A stretch of 64,000 nucleotides of DNA. Origin: Octopus sinensis (Eukaryota). Below, in pieces: positions 62,300-64,000 of this stretch (position 1 is its first letter; every line of letters begins with the position of its first letter). The notes under the pieces were generated by a model, which searched no databases, had not been told where the DNA came from, and worked only from the letters and a program-made list of their open reading frames with translations. The stretch is from the NCBI RefSeq assembly GCF_006345805.1, contig NC_043006.1:45384001-45448000 (forward strand), read 5' to 3'. A program made the translations under genes and the position numbers.

Positions 62300-62760
62300 G
62301 TAATGTTCTGTTGATTGCAGTATGGTGTTTTGATGACGAATTGTGCGGCAATAACTTATTCCAAGACATTCCGTCGCATGACTTTTGCATTACTGGTATT
62401 AACCGAATGACAATTGTTGATTGTCACTCTGTTAAATTCTTTAGTCCTCCACCGAATGGACAACGATGGTGCATTCGTCGGCGTAAACTAATTCGCACGC
62501 TGAGACAATTATTTTTTCAAACTAGCTTTCCGTCCTTTGATATTGAACAGTTTACCGTCCGTGAGATATAAAATAAAATTTTAGATGCTTTTGAAAGCTT
62601 CTTCCAGTATGGCATTGAAATAAAACAAACTAGCAGCCAGACAACACAGCATTCCTTTGTTTTACTGCATCTGTTGCTCATTTTTCTTGCAAGGCATACA
62701 CTGCACACACATGCTCAGTACTCCTATTCCTAAGTCTCCTTTCCGCTCCATTCCATCTGT
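62300..62760 (-). pseudogene. RTE reverse-transcriptase relic
   Basis: TDGKLFNI and ELVYADECTIVVHSVED resemble RTE RTDGKLFN and ELLFADDCALxAHS; frameshifted. Confidence 0.7.
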
Positions 62761-63248
62761 TTCATTGCTATGAAACTTTTTCCAATCATCCATAATACAA
62801 CTATGTGGTTGGTCCTTAGGGTATTCCTTACATTATCCCCAAACCGAGTGCGCCTGTCTTCGCGATCTCATCGATACTTCTTTCTTTCTTTTCTTTCTTC
62901 CTTCCTTTCTTTTCATTCTTCCTTTTTTCTCTCTTTCTTCCTTCCTTTCTTTCTTTTTCCTTCCTTTCTTTCTTTTTTCCTTCCTTCCTTTCTTTCCTTC
63001 TGTCTTTCGTACTTTCTTTTCGTAGATCCATCCACTCATCCAGTCTATAGAAATATTCGACGATACGTTCCATTTTCAAGGAGGGCAATGTCTAAAACTA
63101 ACTTCTTATCAGTGCCAACATTCCAAAAGTGATGCAAACACGCATTAACAATCCCTTCTTCCTCACTTTCAGTCCTTGTCTGTGTTTCTCTGTCTCTGTC
63201 TGTCTGTCTGTCTCTCTCTGTCTCTCTGTCTCTCTTTCTCTTTCTCTT

Positions 63249-63301
<53 letters not shown>

Positions 63302-63325
63302 ACATTCACACACAATACATTCTCT

Positions 63326-63936
63326 GGATCTTTACCTTTTGACCGACAGATTTAAAAAATAATTTTTTGTAACTAAACACTTTCAAATTTCGGACACTGG
63401 TAGAATGTGTCATATAAAACATCTTTTACTCTTGGCATTTTTGAGAAAAAACTTATATTTACGAAGTTATTTCACGTTAAAGTTGTCCTATTTCGGTAAT
63501 TTCAACCAATCAATGACGTGTATTCAGCTGAATAAAATTACTGCCGTTGTTTGTCAACAACAACTATCGGCAGTGTAATTTTCGTTTGTCACTGTTATTT
63601 ATGACATCGTTCGTGCGTTTGTACTGGTTTTAGCTTTAAGGTTTTAGGGTTAGGGTTGTCATAAATAACAGTGACAAACGAAAAATACACCGCCGGAAGT
63701 TCTTGTTGACAAACAACGACAGTAATTTAATTCAGCTGAATACACGTCATTGATTGGTTGAAATTGCTAAAATAGGACAACTTTAACATGAAATTACTTC
63801 GTAAATATAAGTTTTTCTCAAAAATGCTAAGAGTAAATGGTGTTTTATATGACACATTCTACCAGTGTCCGAAATTTGAAAGTGTTTAGTTACAAAAAAT
63901 TATTTTTTAAATCTGTCTGTCAAAAGGTAAAGATCT
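63326..63936. mobile_element. Fold-back MITE with arms of about 280 bp and a TTAGGG-like core
   Basis: gatctttaccttttgac.../...gtcaaaaggtaaagatc; flanks cattctct / cattctcc (7/8); the core contains ttttagggttagggtt. Confidence 0.88.
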
Positions 63937-64000
63937 CATTCTCCCTCTCTCCCACTCCCTCTCCCTCCACCTCCCTCTCTTCCTTCTTAGTGGCCAACGG

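Overview
AT-rich, microsatellite-dense eukaryotic DNA. The interspersed repeat set suggests a cephalopod, most likely Octopus; this is recognition from memory, not a database result. Most of the window is nested mobile DNA. It contains several tRNA-derived SINE families (labelled A-F here for convenience), a near-intact CR1/L2-group LINE (39516-43044), RTE and Gypsy relics, and Penelope-like terminal fragments carrying minimal hammerhead motifs. It also holds a full-length but frameshifted mariner (10287-11578), mariner, hAT, piggyBac-like and Merlin-like non-autonomous elements with readable TSDs, and Helitrons. No complete host gene is visible. CpG density alternates in broad blocks: depleted at about 1-12.3 kb and 28-50.3 kb, retained at about 12.4-27.9 kb and 50.4-64 kb. 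At both retained-to-depleted transitions read on the minus strand there is a candidate first coding exon with an AAAATGG start (12561, N-BAR-like peptide; 51233). Nearly all ORFs in the supplied track are microsatellite artefacts or antisense to transposons. I did not find a convincing new multi-gene system. The best leads are the hammerhead relics, a compound perfect palindrome at 15.1-15.4 kb, the N-BAR-like exon, a speculative chain of short phase-1 exons, a LINE-SINE shared tail and the young, GC-rich LINE. SINE and relic boundaries are approximate; TIR, TSD and hairpin coordinates were read base by base.
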